Origin: Leptospirales bacterium
GTDB lineage: Bacteria > Spirochaetota > Leptospiria > Turneriellales > JAOUFE01
Assembly (NCBI GenBank): GCA_040326155.1
Contig: JBEQLE010000028.1
Location: 1 to 44,662 of the forward strand
Reading direction: 5' to 3'
Length of the DNA stretch: 44,662 nt
Shown: piece after piece, positions 17,420-25,608 of the stretch
How the letters are laid out: each line of letters opens with the position of its first letter
How positions within the stretch are numbered: position 1 is the stretch's first letter
Program-made: the position numbers and the translations under genes
The notes under the pieces: model-generated
Seen by the model: the letters and a program-made list of their open reading frames with translations, nothing else
Database searches by the model: none
What the model was told of the DNA's origin: nothing

Positions 17420-18403
17420 TTATTCGAGCGGTTTCTCTTTACCCGGACCCATTAAAAGAATTTCATGTCCTTCTTTTATTATGAAATCTGAGTCTGGGGC
17501 GAAAGAGAGGCCGGTATCTCGATCTTTTATTCCAATAATCAGTAAACCCTGATCTCGAAAAGGGGTGTCTCGAATCTCCTTTCCAACAATAGGGTCTTCG
17601 CTTTTTACCTGGTGAATTGTCATCTCAAATTCATAGTTCGACTTATCGAGTATAATTTCCAGAAATTCGTCGACGCTGGGTTCAATAAAGCTTCTCGCCA
17701 TTTGAATTCCGCCTAATACATAGGGGGAGACAACCCTATCGGCTCCAGCTTGCAGCATTTTACTGCGGGAACTTTCATGTGCAATTCTCGTTTCAATACG
17801 AATTTTGTCTTTCAGTCTTCGGGCCGATAAAACAACAAATAGATTATCGGCATCGGTCGGCAACACGGCGGCAAGCCCTTTTGCTCTTTCAATACCTGCA
17901 AGAATAAGACTCTCTTCGAGAAGAGCGTCTTGCATTAAAATAAGCCACCCGTTTTTTTTCTGACTGACTACCGATTCAGCATTGTTTTCAATAATGACAA
18001 AGCTTTGCCCGCTACTGACAAATTCCCTGGCAATAGCATGGGACATTCTCCCTCCACCGCAAATAATATAGTGGCCTTTCAGTTTTTTAATTTTTTCTTG
18101 TACAATGTTTTGTTCAATCATATCTCTAAAACCGCTCTCTAAAAATGTTGTAAAAATAACGTTAATACCAATTGCATAAAAACCCACCCCGCCGGTAACC
18201 AGAATAATCGTAAACAATTTCCCAAGGTTACTTAGCGTATGCACTTCACCGAAACCAACTGTTGTAACGGTAATAACCGTCATGTACAAGGAATCGATCA
18301 GCGACCAATTTTCGATTGTCAAATACCCGGAAGTTCCAAATACTATTAAAATAAATAGAAAAACCAGGGGTTTTAAGAATTTCAGGTAGACACGAATGGG
18401 CAT
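17420..18403 (-). CDS. Potassium channel with TrkA-N/TrkA-C (RCK) domains
   Basis: Two TM helices around the TTVGFG selectivity filter, HYIICGGGRM Rossmann motif, DADNLFVVLSAR, AGADRVVSP. Confidence 0.92.
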   Translation of the reverse strand: MPIRVYLKFLKPLVFLFILIVFGTSGYLTIENWSLIDSLYMTVITVTTVGFGEVHTLSNLGKLFTIILVTGGVGFYAIGINVIFTTFLESGFRDMIEQNIVQEKIKKLKGHYIICGGGRMSHAIAREFVSSGQSFVIIENNAESVVSQKKNGWLILMQDALLEESLILAGIERAKGLAAVLPTDADNLFVVLSARRLKDKIRIETRIAHESSRSKMLQAGADRVVSPYVLGGIQMARSFIEPSVDEFLEIILDKSNYEFEMTIHQVKSEDPIVGKEIRDTPFRDQGLLIIGIKDRDTGLSFAPDSDFIIKEGHEILLMGPGKEKPLE

Positions 18404-18450
18404 ACAAAGTATACAGATGCTCAGATTTTAAGACAGAAAGACAACCACTT

Positions 18451-19806
18451 TTAACTTTTAGGATTCTCAAGAATGATCGCTCCACCAACGCCTCCGCCGG
18501 CACAAATGGAACCCATCGTATATTTTACAGATGGATTTTGTCCGAAATCCATAAGCTGGTTGATTACAACTCGTATTCCGGTCATTCCGAGGGGATGTCC
18601 TAATGCGAGAGTTCCACCGTTGGGGTTTACTGTACCCTCGTTTAGCATTTTTTCGAGGTCGAAACCATACTCCTCTTTGACCTTTCTCATGCTGCCGAGC
18701 GCGGTAGCGGCAAACGCTTCGTGAATTTCGTATATTCCGATATCGCTCCAGGAAAGCTCAGCGTTGTCTAAAGCTTTTTTCATAGAGTGGGCAATACCAA
18801 GGCCCATAATAATAGGGTCGACGCCGAAATTTCCCCAGCCTTTAATATAAGCTTGAATTTCAAGACCCAACTCTTTTGCTTTCGACTCGGTTGTCACCAG
18901 CAAAGCTCCGGCTCCGTCAGATTTGGGGCAGGCGTTAAAAAGAGAAACAGATCCTTTTGTTTTTCCTTCTTCATAGGATTTGCCAATCCATGACTCGTAT
19001 TTTTTATAAAATTCCTGAATACCACCCGGTAGCATTTCAAATATAGCGGTAGCCTTTTTGAACCTTTCTGGTTTTTCTACAAACCCGGTTTTACTCATTA
19101 TAAATTCGTCATTTTCAAGAATGCCTTTTTCGTGTTCAATGGGCAAAAGCCAAGGCTTATATTTGCCATCTTGTATCGCTTTTAACGCTTTCGAGTAGGA
19201 ACCATGGGCATACTGATCAAGGTCTTGTTTTTCAATACCCAGAATCTGGGCAACCACTTCGCCTGTTTCAGCCATGTTGGCGTGTCGGACCGGGTCTACG
19301 AGTCCTTCGTCTACACCATCGGTTACCTGCACATCTTCTAGCTGTGGAATTTCATCCCAGTTTTTCAGAATTTTAGCTACTGTAGCTGTTTTTGGGTTAT
19401 GCTGGGCATTTTTCAGGTAAATGGGCATATTCGACATGGATTCTTGACCGGCGACAAGTACAAGTTCACTTTCGCCAATTATAATACGGCGAGAGGCTTC
19501 AAAAATGGCTTCAAAACCGGAAACACAATTGTTGGCGACGGTAAGCGCCGAAGCCTCCAGTGGAAGTCCAGTTCGAACTGAGATGACCCTGGCAACATTC
19601 GGAGCCTTGGAGGACTGGGCAATTTCACCAACAATAACAGAGTCCACCTCTTCTTTGGACAGGCCGTTTCTTTTGAAAAGTTCTTCAACAACCATTGCTC
19701 CCAGATCAAAAGATTGAAATTTCGACAAACTTTTTCCAGCTTGACCTATAGGGGTTCTTAGAGCAGATGCGATTACCAGTTTTTCTCCATCACGAGTAAA
19801 ATTCAT
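18451..19806 (-). CDS. Thiolase (acetyl-CoA C-acyltransferase), HEAF type
   Basis: RTPIG, NNCVSG (catalytic Cys), ESMS, DGAGA, EIHEAFA, NPNGGTLALGHPLG, ICAGGG. Confidence 0.93.
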   Translation of the reverse strand: MNFTRDGEKLVIASALRTPIGQAGKSLSKFQSFDLGAMVVEELFKRNGLSKEEVDSVIVGEIAQSSKAPNVARVISVRTGLPLEASALTVANNCVSGFEAIFEASRRIIIGESELVLVAGQESMSNMPIYLKNAQHNPKTATVAKILKNWDEIPQLEDVQVTDGVDEGLVDPVRHANMAETGEVVAQILGIEKQDLDQYAHGSYSKALKAIQDGKYKPWLLPIEHEKGILENDEFIMSKTGFVEKPERFKKATAIFEMLPGGIQEFYKKYESWIGKSYEEGKTKGSVSLFNACPKSDGAGALLVTTESKAKELGLEIQAYIKGWGNFGVDPIIMGLGIAHSMKKALDNAELSWSDIGIYEIHEAFAATALGSMRKVKEEYGFDLEKMLNEGTVNPNGGTLALGHPLGMTGIRVVINQLMDFGQNPSVKYTMGSICAGGGVGGAIILENPKS

Positions 19807-19808
19807 AT

Positions 19809-20750
19809 TTAACCTCTGGACTTCTCAATTTCACTCTTAAACGCAGGCACAAAATCAAAAAGGTCTTCAACAACACCATACGTGGCCACTTTAAAAATGG
19901 GAGCTTCTTTATCTTTGTTTATAGCAACAATATACTTTGAGGAACCCATACCGGCAAGGTGTTGTATAGCCCCGGATATACCGACGGCAATATATAAAGT
20001 CGGTGAAACAGTTTTACCGGTTTGCCCAACCTGGTGCGAGTGGTCTATCCACCCGGCGTCAACGGCAGCGCGGGAAGCTCCTAAAGCTCCACCGATAAGA
20101 TCGGCAAGTTCTTGTAGTTTTGGAAAGTACTCGGGACCTTTTACTCCCCGACCTCCGGAAATAATAATAGAAGCTTCGGTTAAGGATACTTTATTGCCTT
20201 GTGTCTCTTTAAATTCCTTTAAAGTGGCTTTTGCGCCTGAAACATCCATTTTTATTTTTTCTACTTTCGCGTCACTCGGGCTGCTTACAACCGGAAATGT
20301 ATTAGCGCGAAGAGTTATAACCGCAGGCGATTTTTTAGCAGCGTAATTTACAAAAGCTTTACCTGCATAAATCGGTTTTTTACCGACAAGTCGGTCACCG
20401 TCTAATGTAAGTTCCACAAGATCGGTTAAAGCAGGACCGTCCAGAGCGGCGGCAATTCTACCTGAAATATCTTTTCCTGTCCAACTGTTGGCCATAATAA
20501 TAGAATCAATGCCTTTGTCTTTCACCAGCTCACTGATTGTTGCGGCGATAGATTCGCCATTATACATATCGTATTCGTACTGGATGACTTCGGTAATACC
20601 GATTTCTCCGATACCTGCGGCTCCGTCTCCGTTGCCTAAAACTACCGCAATGCAATCGAACCCGAGAGCTTTTGCTTTACTGCCAGCTTCTAAACCGTTT
20701 TTAACTATTTTACCATTTTTTAATTCGGCGATAATAAGTGCTTTTGCCAT
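19809..20750 (-). CDS. etfA: Electron transfer flavoprotein alpha subunit
   Basis: IIISGGRG, GASRAAVDAGW, QVGQTGK, GISGAIQHLAGM, AINKDKEAPIF. Confidence 0.97.
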   Translation of the reverse strand: MAKALIIAELKNGKIVKNGLEAGSKAKALGFDCIAVVLGNGDGAAGIGEIGITEVIQYEYDMYNGESIAATISELVKDKGIDSIIMANSWTGKDISGRIAAALDGPALTDLVELTLDGDRLVGKKPIYAGKAFVNYAAKKSPAVITLRANTFPVVSSPSDAKVEKIKMDVSGAKATLKEFKETQGNKVSLTEASIIISGGRGVKGPEYFPKLQELADLIGGALGASRAAVDAGWIDHSHQVGQTGKTVSPTLYIAVGISGAIQHLAGMGSSKYIVAINKDKEAPIFKVATYGVVEDLFDFVPAFKSEIEKSRG

Positions 20751-20762
20751 AATAAACCTTCT

Positions 20763-21527
20763 TTATATTACCTTTGCTTCTTCATGTAGAGCTTTAACCA
20801 GCTCTTTTGCTTTTGCCGGAGTTTCGTCACCCTCTATAAAACGACCTGCTGGTCGGGCGGGGGGCATTTCAAAACCCAGTATCTCAATATGGTCTGAAAA
20901 GGAAACGCCAAGCTCGTCGATATTTTTTGTTTCGACGGGAGTCTTTTTTGACGCCATAATCCCTTTTAAGGATGGGTAGCGAGGTTCGTTCATACCAATC
21001 TGGGTCGTAATGAGGACGGGTAATTTGGCTTCGTAAGTTGCCTCGCCTCCTTCAGCTTCGACAACGGCTTTTACATTGTCTCCATCAAGTTCGATGCTTT
21101 TTGCCCAGATAATAGCTGCCATACCTTTTTTCTCGGCATACATGAGTGGAATAAGACCAGAGTCCGAGTCAATTCCCTGACGACCCGCAAGTACCAGGTC
21201 GTAATTTTTATCAGAAGTGGCTTTAATAAGGGCTTCTGAAATAGCGCTGGCGTCCAACATTTCGTAGTTTTCAGCCAGTATATGAATACCGTGGTCGGCG
21301 CCCATGGCATAGGCGGTGCGAATGGAGGAAGCGACTCTTGCCGGTCCAACTGAAATAACGGTAACAGTACCGGCACTTTTTTCTTTGGTGCGTATCGCCT
21401 CTTCAAGCGCGACTTCATCATAAGGAGATATAATCCATTTAATTCCTGACTCATTTATTCGATTTGAATCGATTTTAATTGTCGTTTCGGTGTCGGGAAC
21501 CTGTTTTAATAATACTAATACATCCAT
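20763..21527 (-). CDS. etfB: Electron transfer flavoprotein beta subunit
   Basis: KQVPDT, PYDEVALEEA, AMGAD, GRQGIDSD, NEPRYPSLKGIM. AAGGA RBS. Confidence 0.97.
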   Translation of the reverse strand: MDVLVLLKQVPDTETTIKIDSNRINESGIKWIISPYDEVALEEAIRTKEKSAGTVTVISVGPARVASSIRTAYAMGADHGIHILAENYEMLDASAISEALIKATSDKNYDLVLAGRQGIDSDSGLIPLMYAEKKGMAAIIWAKSIELDGDNVKAVVEAEGGEATYEAKLPVLITTQIGMNEPRYPSLKGIMASKKTPVETKNIDELGVSFSDHIEILGFEMPPARPAGRFIEGDETPAKAKELVKALHEEAKVI

Positions 21528-21565
21528 AGCTAATCCTTTCCTTAAATCAAGGTTAATTTACATAA

Positions 21566-21581
21566 GACGATCTGAATCGTC
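21566..21581. promoter_or_regulatory. Palindromic candidate operator upstream of etfB
   Basis: GACGAT-CTGA-ATCGTC, about 40 bp upstream of the etfB start. Confidence 0.3.
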
Positions 21582-22064
21582 GGCTCATAAAGAATATGAA
21601 CCTCTTTTTATCAACCGCTTTTTTAATAATATAGTAAATTCTGAGTAGTGTACAAAAAAATCTTTCGGTTTAGGTTTAAATTTAGTTATGTGACTTATGC
21701 ATTGTTTTTTTATTGACTAATCAATGTACTTCCCGCTTTCAAGTATGATGTCACCTGAAAAACAAGAAGAAAACATATACGGTAAATACATACAGGTTTA
21801 TAGAGATAAAATCAGTGAACTTCTTTTCGAAGAACAAAATAAGGAAAGACGAGTTTTGCTTTTCTCGGCTTTGAATTTCTCCAGAGCAAGTCTGGTAACC
21901 GGGGGGCCTACCGTGACGATAAAAAATACCTTTACTGTAAATACAATCTTTGCAAAATATCATCTTAAACTACCCCTATGAACTGTAGCAAAATTTACTC
22001 CGAACAGATTTAAAATTAATATGCGAAGTTCAACATTACCATATATTAACCTCAAACAAGAGAT

Positions 22065-22808
22065 ATGAGTTTTAAAAGGATGGATATAATAAAGTCTTTC
22101 TTAATATTTACAATTTTCTTGACTATATTCAATTGTAAAGAAAAATATATTGATGATAATGACGATAAACAGCTTTCACTGAATGAAACTGTCGATTATA
22201 GTTTCGTTGAAATAAAACAAATTGATAAAGACATACGCACGGTAAAAATACCAGAATTTCAAGAAGGAAATACAAAAGTGGCATTAATCAAAAATGCAAG
22301 AGAATATTATACAAAGTATTGGAATGAATATTATGAAGTTGATGAAGAAGTTCCTGAGAATCAAAATTCCACCAACAATTCGGATCAAGATATAGTTATT
22401 GTATCAATACAAAACAATTTTGGCATTGTAGAGCATTCGGGAAGTGAAATAGTTTATGGTGAAAAAATAAAAAGGAATGATATTTGGGTTTTCAAAAATG
22501 ACTACTGGCAGCCTGTAGTGGGTTTTGATACACCAAATAATAGCATTAAAATTACAAGGCTAAATAATGATGACTATGAAGATATAATAATATTCGGCGG
22601 TTGTTGTGATGTATACACCTATAGCATATTATTAGGCGGTAAGAAAAATAAGTTCAAACTTGTGCAAGAGATAACAGTTTTAGGCTCCGCATCGATGGCC
22701 TTCAATGGCACTTGTCAAAAGTCATCCATTTTAGCCGTTCCGTATTCTGCATTAAAAGTAGAGTCAAGAAAACTTATTTTTAACTGTGCAACGAATAGGT
22801 TCGAATAA
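22065..22808 (+). CDS. AT-rich hypothetical lipoprotein
   Basis: Spirochaete-type signal KSFLIFTIFLTIFNC. LNNDDYEDII loop and Cys residues GGCCD, GTC, FNC. Confidence 0.7.
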   Translation: MSFKRMDIIKSFLIFTIFLTIFNCKEKYIDDNDDKQLSLNETVDYSFVEIKQIDKDIRTVKIPEFQEGNTKVALIKNAREYYTKYWNEYYEVDEEVPENQNSTNNSDQDIVIVSIQNNFGIVEHSGSEIVYGEKIKRNDIWVFKNDYWQPVVGFDTPNNSIKITRLNNDDYEDIIIFGGCCDVYTYSILLGGKKNKFKLVQEITVLGSASMAFNGTCQKSSILAVPYSALKVESRKLIFNCATNRFE

Positions 22809-22926
22809 TTTCACCCTCCGTTTTTCTATTTTAACTTAAAAGAAAACATCAAAAGCTGTTATCAGATGAATCGTTAGCAACCTATGAATTGCCATTTGCA
22901 AACTTTCTACAATAAGCCAAGAGAAA

Positions 22927-24177
22927 TTATTTGGGTTTTCTCTTTAATCTATTATATTCTAAAGTATAAGCTATAAACCATGGCTTGGATTTTTTATAAG
23001 CGATAAATTTACCATCTACTGAGCTACGATAATAAAAACCGATTAGTTGATTAACTTTTTTACCTTTAGTATTAAAATAATTACAACGAACTACTTTGTA
23101 ATTATGAATATTCCAAACATATTTGTACACTGGAGTCATAGTATATTTGTCCGGGATAGGTTCATATGTATTCTTATGGCTTAAATATCTATATTCTTGC
23201 TGCTTTATATGGGCTATTTCTTTTGGAATTTGTTTAAAACGCCATTCTCTGCAATTCTTGCGAGCATCTTTTACCTGCCTCTGAATAGAGAAATTAGTAT
23301 TCTGGCAAAACTGGTTATAACTACGAAAAACCGCTGAACGAGAATTATTCTGTTGTACCGTATGCGTCAGCTCATGCGCCATGAGCCTCTTACCCTGCAC
23401 CGTATTCGGTGAGTACTGTCCTGCACCAAAAAATACATCTCGTCCCACAGTAAAGGCTCTGGCATTTACTGAACGAGAAAGCTGTGCAGCCTTCGAATCG
23501 GTATGTATTTTTACACCAGCAAAACTGGTTCCAAAGCGTGGTTCGTAATACGAACGTTCACCAGGTGAGAGCGATCTTCCTCCACCTTTGGCCGAGTTTA
23601 TGGATGATTCAACACCGGGGGGAGCATTTCCGCTAAAATTTTCTCGCTGTACAAACTTGCCTTTAAGTTTTTCATCCTCTTTTACAGGAGCTTTCTGAAC
23701 GCCCTCTTCTTCGAACTTTTTCTTTTCGCGTTGCAACGGCGTGATGGAATCGGCCAGAGTTGTTCGGAAGATCTGCTGGGACTCCTCAGGTGCGGAATTA
23801 CCCACCCTATCGTCAGAACCTATTTGGGGCCTATCCATCGATACAACTTTTTCGGCCATGGTGTCGGCCTCTTGCTCGTACTTGTCGTTCGGTGGGCCAA
23901 TATTAAGCTTGGTTTGTACATTTGTACCAAAACCCGGCGGCAGGCGTAGCGGTTGTTGCATTTGCTGAAGCTTTCGTTGCAACCAGCCCGATTTAACAAG
24001 TTGGCCAACAGCTTGGTTGCCGATGGTACGCTGCAAGTGCATTATATAATTGCGTGAAGAAAAATTAAGCGAAGGGGTAAACTGACGAGAAGGCGAAGAT
24101 GTGGTCGATGTCTTAGATGATGAACTTTTCTTCTCCGCGCTTGAACCCTTTTTGTGGGTGCGCTGATAGTGTGACAT
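22927..24177 (-). CDS. DUF4157 (eCIS core domain) protein with variable C-terminal domain
   Basis: LQRTIGNQAV, QTKLNIGPPNDKYEQEADTMAEKV, RFGTSFAGVKIHTD, ARAFTVGRDVFF, LMAHELTHTVQQ (HExxH), then IQR and about 115 basic residues. Start taken at ATG 24177; the ORF track extends to TTG 24225. Confidence 0.88.
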   Translation of the reverse strand: MSHYQRTHKKGSSAEKKSSSSKTSTTSSPSRQFTPSLNFSSRNYIMHLQRTIGNQAVGQLVKSGWLQRKLQQMQQPLRLPPGFGTNVQTKLNIGPPNDKYEQEADTMAEKVVSMDRPQIGSDDRVGNSAPEESQQIFRTTLADSITPLQREKKKFEEEGVQKAPVKEDEKLKGKFVQRENFSGNAPPGVESSINSAKGGGRSLSPGERSYYEPRFGTSFAGVKIHTDSKAAQLSRSVNARAFTVGRDVFFGAGQYSPNTVQGKRLMAHELTHTVQQNNSRSAVFRSYNQFCQNTNFSIQRQVKDARKNCREWRFKQIPKEIAHIKQQEYRYLSHKNTYEPIPDKYTMTPVYKYVWNIHNYKVVRCNYFNTKGKKVNQLIGFYYRSSVDGKFIAYKKSKPWFIAYTLEYNRLKRKPK

Positions 24178-24503
24178 AGTTGTTAATTTTACCACAGCAA
24201 GCTGGTGCGTCAAGTGATTCTTCAAAATTAATAAGTCAAATTCTATAATTCTATTACATGTGTTGTAGTAGGCTTCAGAAAAGCACAGTTTTTAAAGTCT
24301 CGATTCGATTATATGTTTTTCAATAGTAAAGGTATTTTTGAGGCTATAAGATAGTTGAACAATAGGTATTATGTTTTGTCCAGTTCAATCGGCAAATATA
24401 ATAATCAGGCTTTTAAGGATATAATATGCCACTTTTATCAATGCTCGCCATTATACAATGTTGATTTACCGATGCCAAAACGACCAATTAAATGGTTTCT
24501 AAT

Positions 24504-24703
24504 ATGAAAATAGATGCCGGTAAAAGGAGCAGTAAAAATGAATATCAATGAGAGCTCACGCCGAAATGCTGGAATTCAGTGTCGGAGAAAAAGTTTCTTT
24601 TTATCCTCCCGGACAGGGCGAGCTTTCTGGAATATTAGTTAAATATAACAAAAAACAGTTAATGCGTACGCATCGGCAACATATTATCAGCGTTCCGGGA
24701 TAA
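24504..24703 (+). pseudogene. Broken copy of a small conserved hypothetical gene (SH3/KOW-like fold suspected)
   Basis: MKID... at 24504 stops early. 24548-24703 reads MRAHAEMLEFSVGEKVSFYPPGQGELSGILVKYNKK, then an A-run frameshift (one more A gives NKKTV). This matches a family I recall as MKID...RAHxEMLxFSIGEKVSF...LVKYNKKTVTV; not verified by search. Confidence 0.55.
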
Positions 24704-24839
24704 TTTTACATCAACACTTTACCCAGGAAGCTTTTATGCCACCGGTCGGTTTTTACCCATCTGTGGCGCTAATAAAATATCGTATTGGGTGATGGAGGAA
24801 TCGGCAGATTCCGGAGTCAGGGAAAAGGGTTTCATTCGC

Positions 24840-24869
24840 GCAGGGTGAGATACCTGCTTTTTCCTTTTT
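24840..24869 (+). terminator. Possible plus-strand intrinsic terminator
   Basis: GCAGG(G)T-GAGAT-ACCTGC followed by TTTTTCCTTTTT. Confidence 0.4.
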
Positions 24870-24887
24870 AGTTTTACAAAAAATATT

Positions 24888-24924
24888 GACCCGATTTCGG
24901 GGTCGCGGTTTAAAAACGACCCCG
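24888..24924 (-). terminator. Hairpin(s) downstream of the 24942-25484 gene
   Basis: CGGGGTCG/CGACCCCG stem (24898-24924), overlapping an alternative GACCC/GGGTC stem that is followed on the minus strand by a T-run. Confidence 0.45.
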
Positions 24925-24941
24925 GGGTTTTAACTCAGGTT

Positions 24942-25484
24942 TTAATTCTGGAAGAGGTGAGAAATTGAATCTTTACGCAATCGGGAAAAGACTTTTGTAA
25001 CATCGGTAAAGTCTTTCATGATAATTTCGGATATGGAGTCATTGTCAAGGTCAACCATTCCAGTTGAGATAATATTTTCAAGTTTAACTTCCCTGGTGAG
25101 CATGGAATTGTTTAACCCGCGAATTTCATGCATTAACTGCGAAATGTAACCATCTTTATTATCTTCTTGAATAATGGGAATCGGCCCGGGAAATTCTTTT
25201 TTAAGAAAATCCTGTAAGGACTTTTTCCAGTTTCTGACGTCTGGCAATTCTTCAAGATAGGCAACCTGTATCTGCTTCCGGGAAGCCTGTGTCTGGATGT
25301 TTTTTACTTCGTCTTGAAGATTCATTACATGAGACCTGACCGCATCGACTGAAATTCGCGTCGGCTCCTTGTTTGGAACGATGTCAGACTTTGCCGCCTT
25401 TTTGGTTATGGCATCTTCATGGTGAGATTCCTTTTTCTGTATATTTTGTATGAAATTCAAGATGTCGTTTTTATTGATTTGCAT
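24942..25484 (-). CDS. Hypothetical coiled-coil protein
   Basis: Strong GGGAGG RBS before ATG 25484 (MQINKNDIL...), so the start is shorter than in the ORF track. Heptad segment VMNLQDEVKNIQTQASRKQIQVAYLEE. Confidence 0.75.
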   Translation of the reverse strand: MQINKNDILNFIQNIQKKESHHEDAITKKAAKSDIVPNKEPTRISVDAVRSHVMNLQDEVKNIQTQASRKQIQVAYLEELPDVRNWKKSLQDFLKKEFPGPIPIIQEDNKDGYISQLMHEIRGLNNSMLTREVKLENIISTGMVDLDNDSISEIIMKDFTDVTKVFSRLRKDSISHLFQN

Positions 25485-25544
25485 TTTACACCTCCCTGAT
25501 ATATCGCCTTGAGATTGGCTAAGTGTTATAGCCTTATGAGACAT

Positions 25545-25571
25545 AAATCGGCAAAAAACGGAAAATGCTGA
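25545..25571 (-). promoter_or_regulatory. Possible sigma-28 (FliA) promoter
   Basis: Minus strand TCAG-N15-GCCGATTT. A weaker TAAC-N16-GGCGATAT lies at 25528-25501. Confidence 0.35.
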
Positions 25572-25608
25572 AGCGAAATTTTATCAGGAAGGCGAGAAGG
25601 GATTTTCC

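Noticed and set aside
21724..21981. Overlapping 85-aa (+) and 70-aa (-) ORFs, plus a third frame reading VGPPVTRLAL like an antiporter C-terminus
   Set aside because: No RBS or family motif, and the antiporter resemblance is too short to support.
24386..24416. GCCGATTG on the minus strand upstream of the DUF4157 gene as a sigma-28 site
   Set aside because: The TAAA element is 18 nt away instead of 15.
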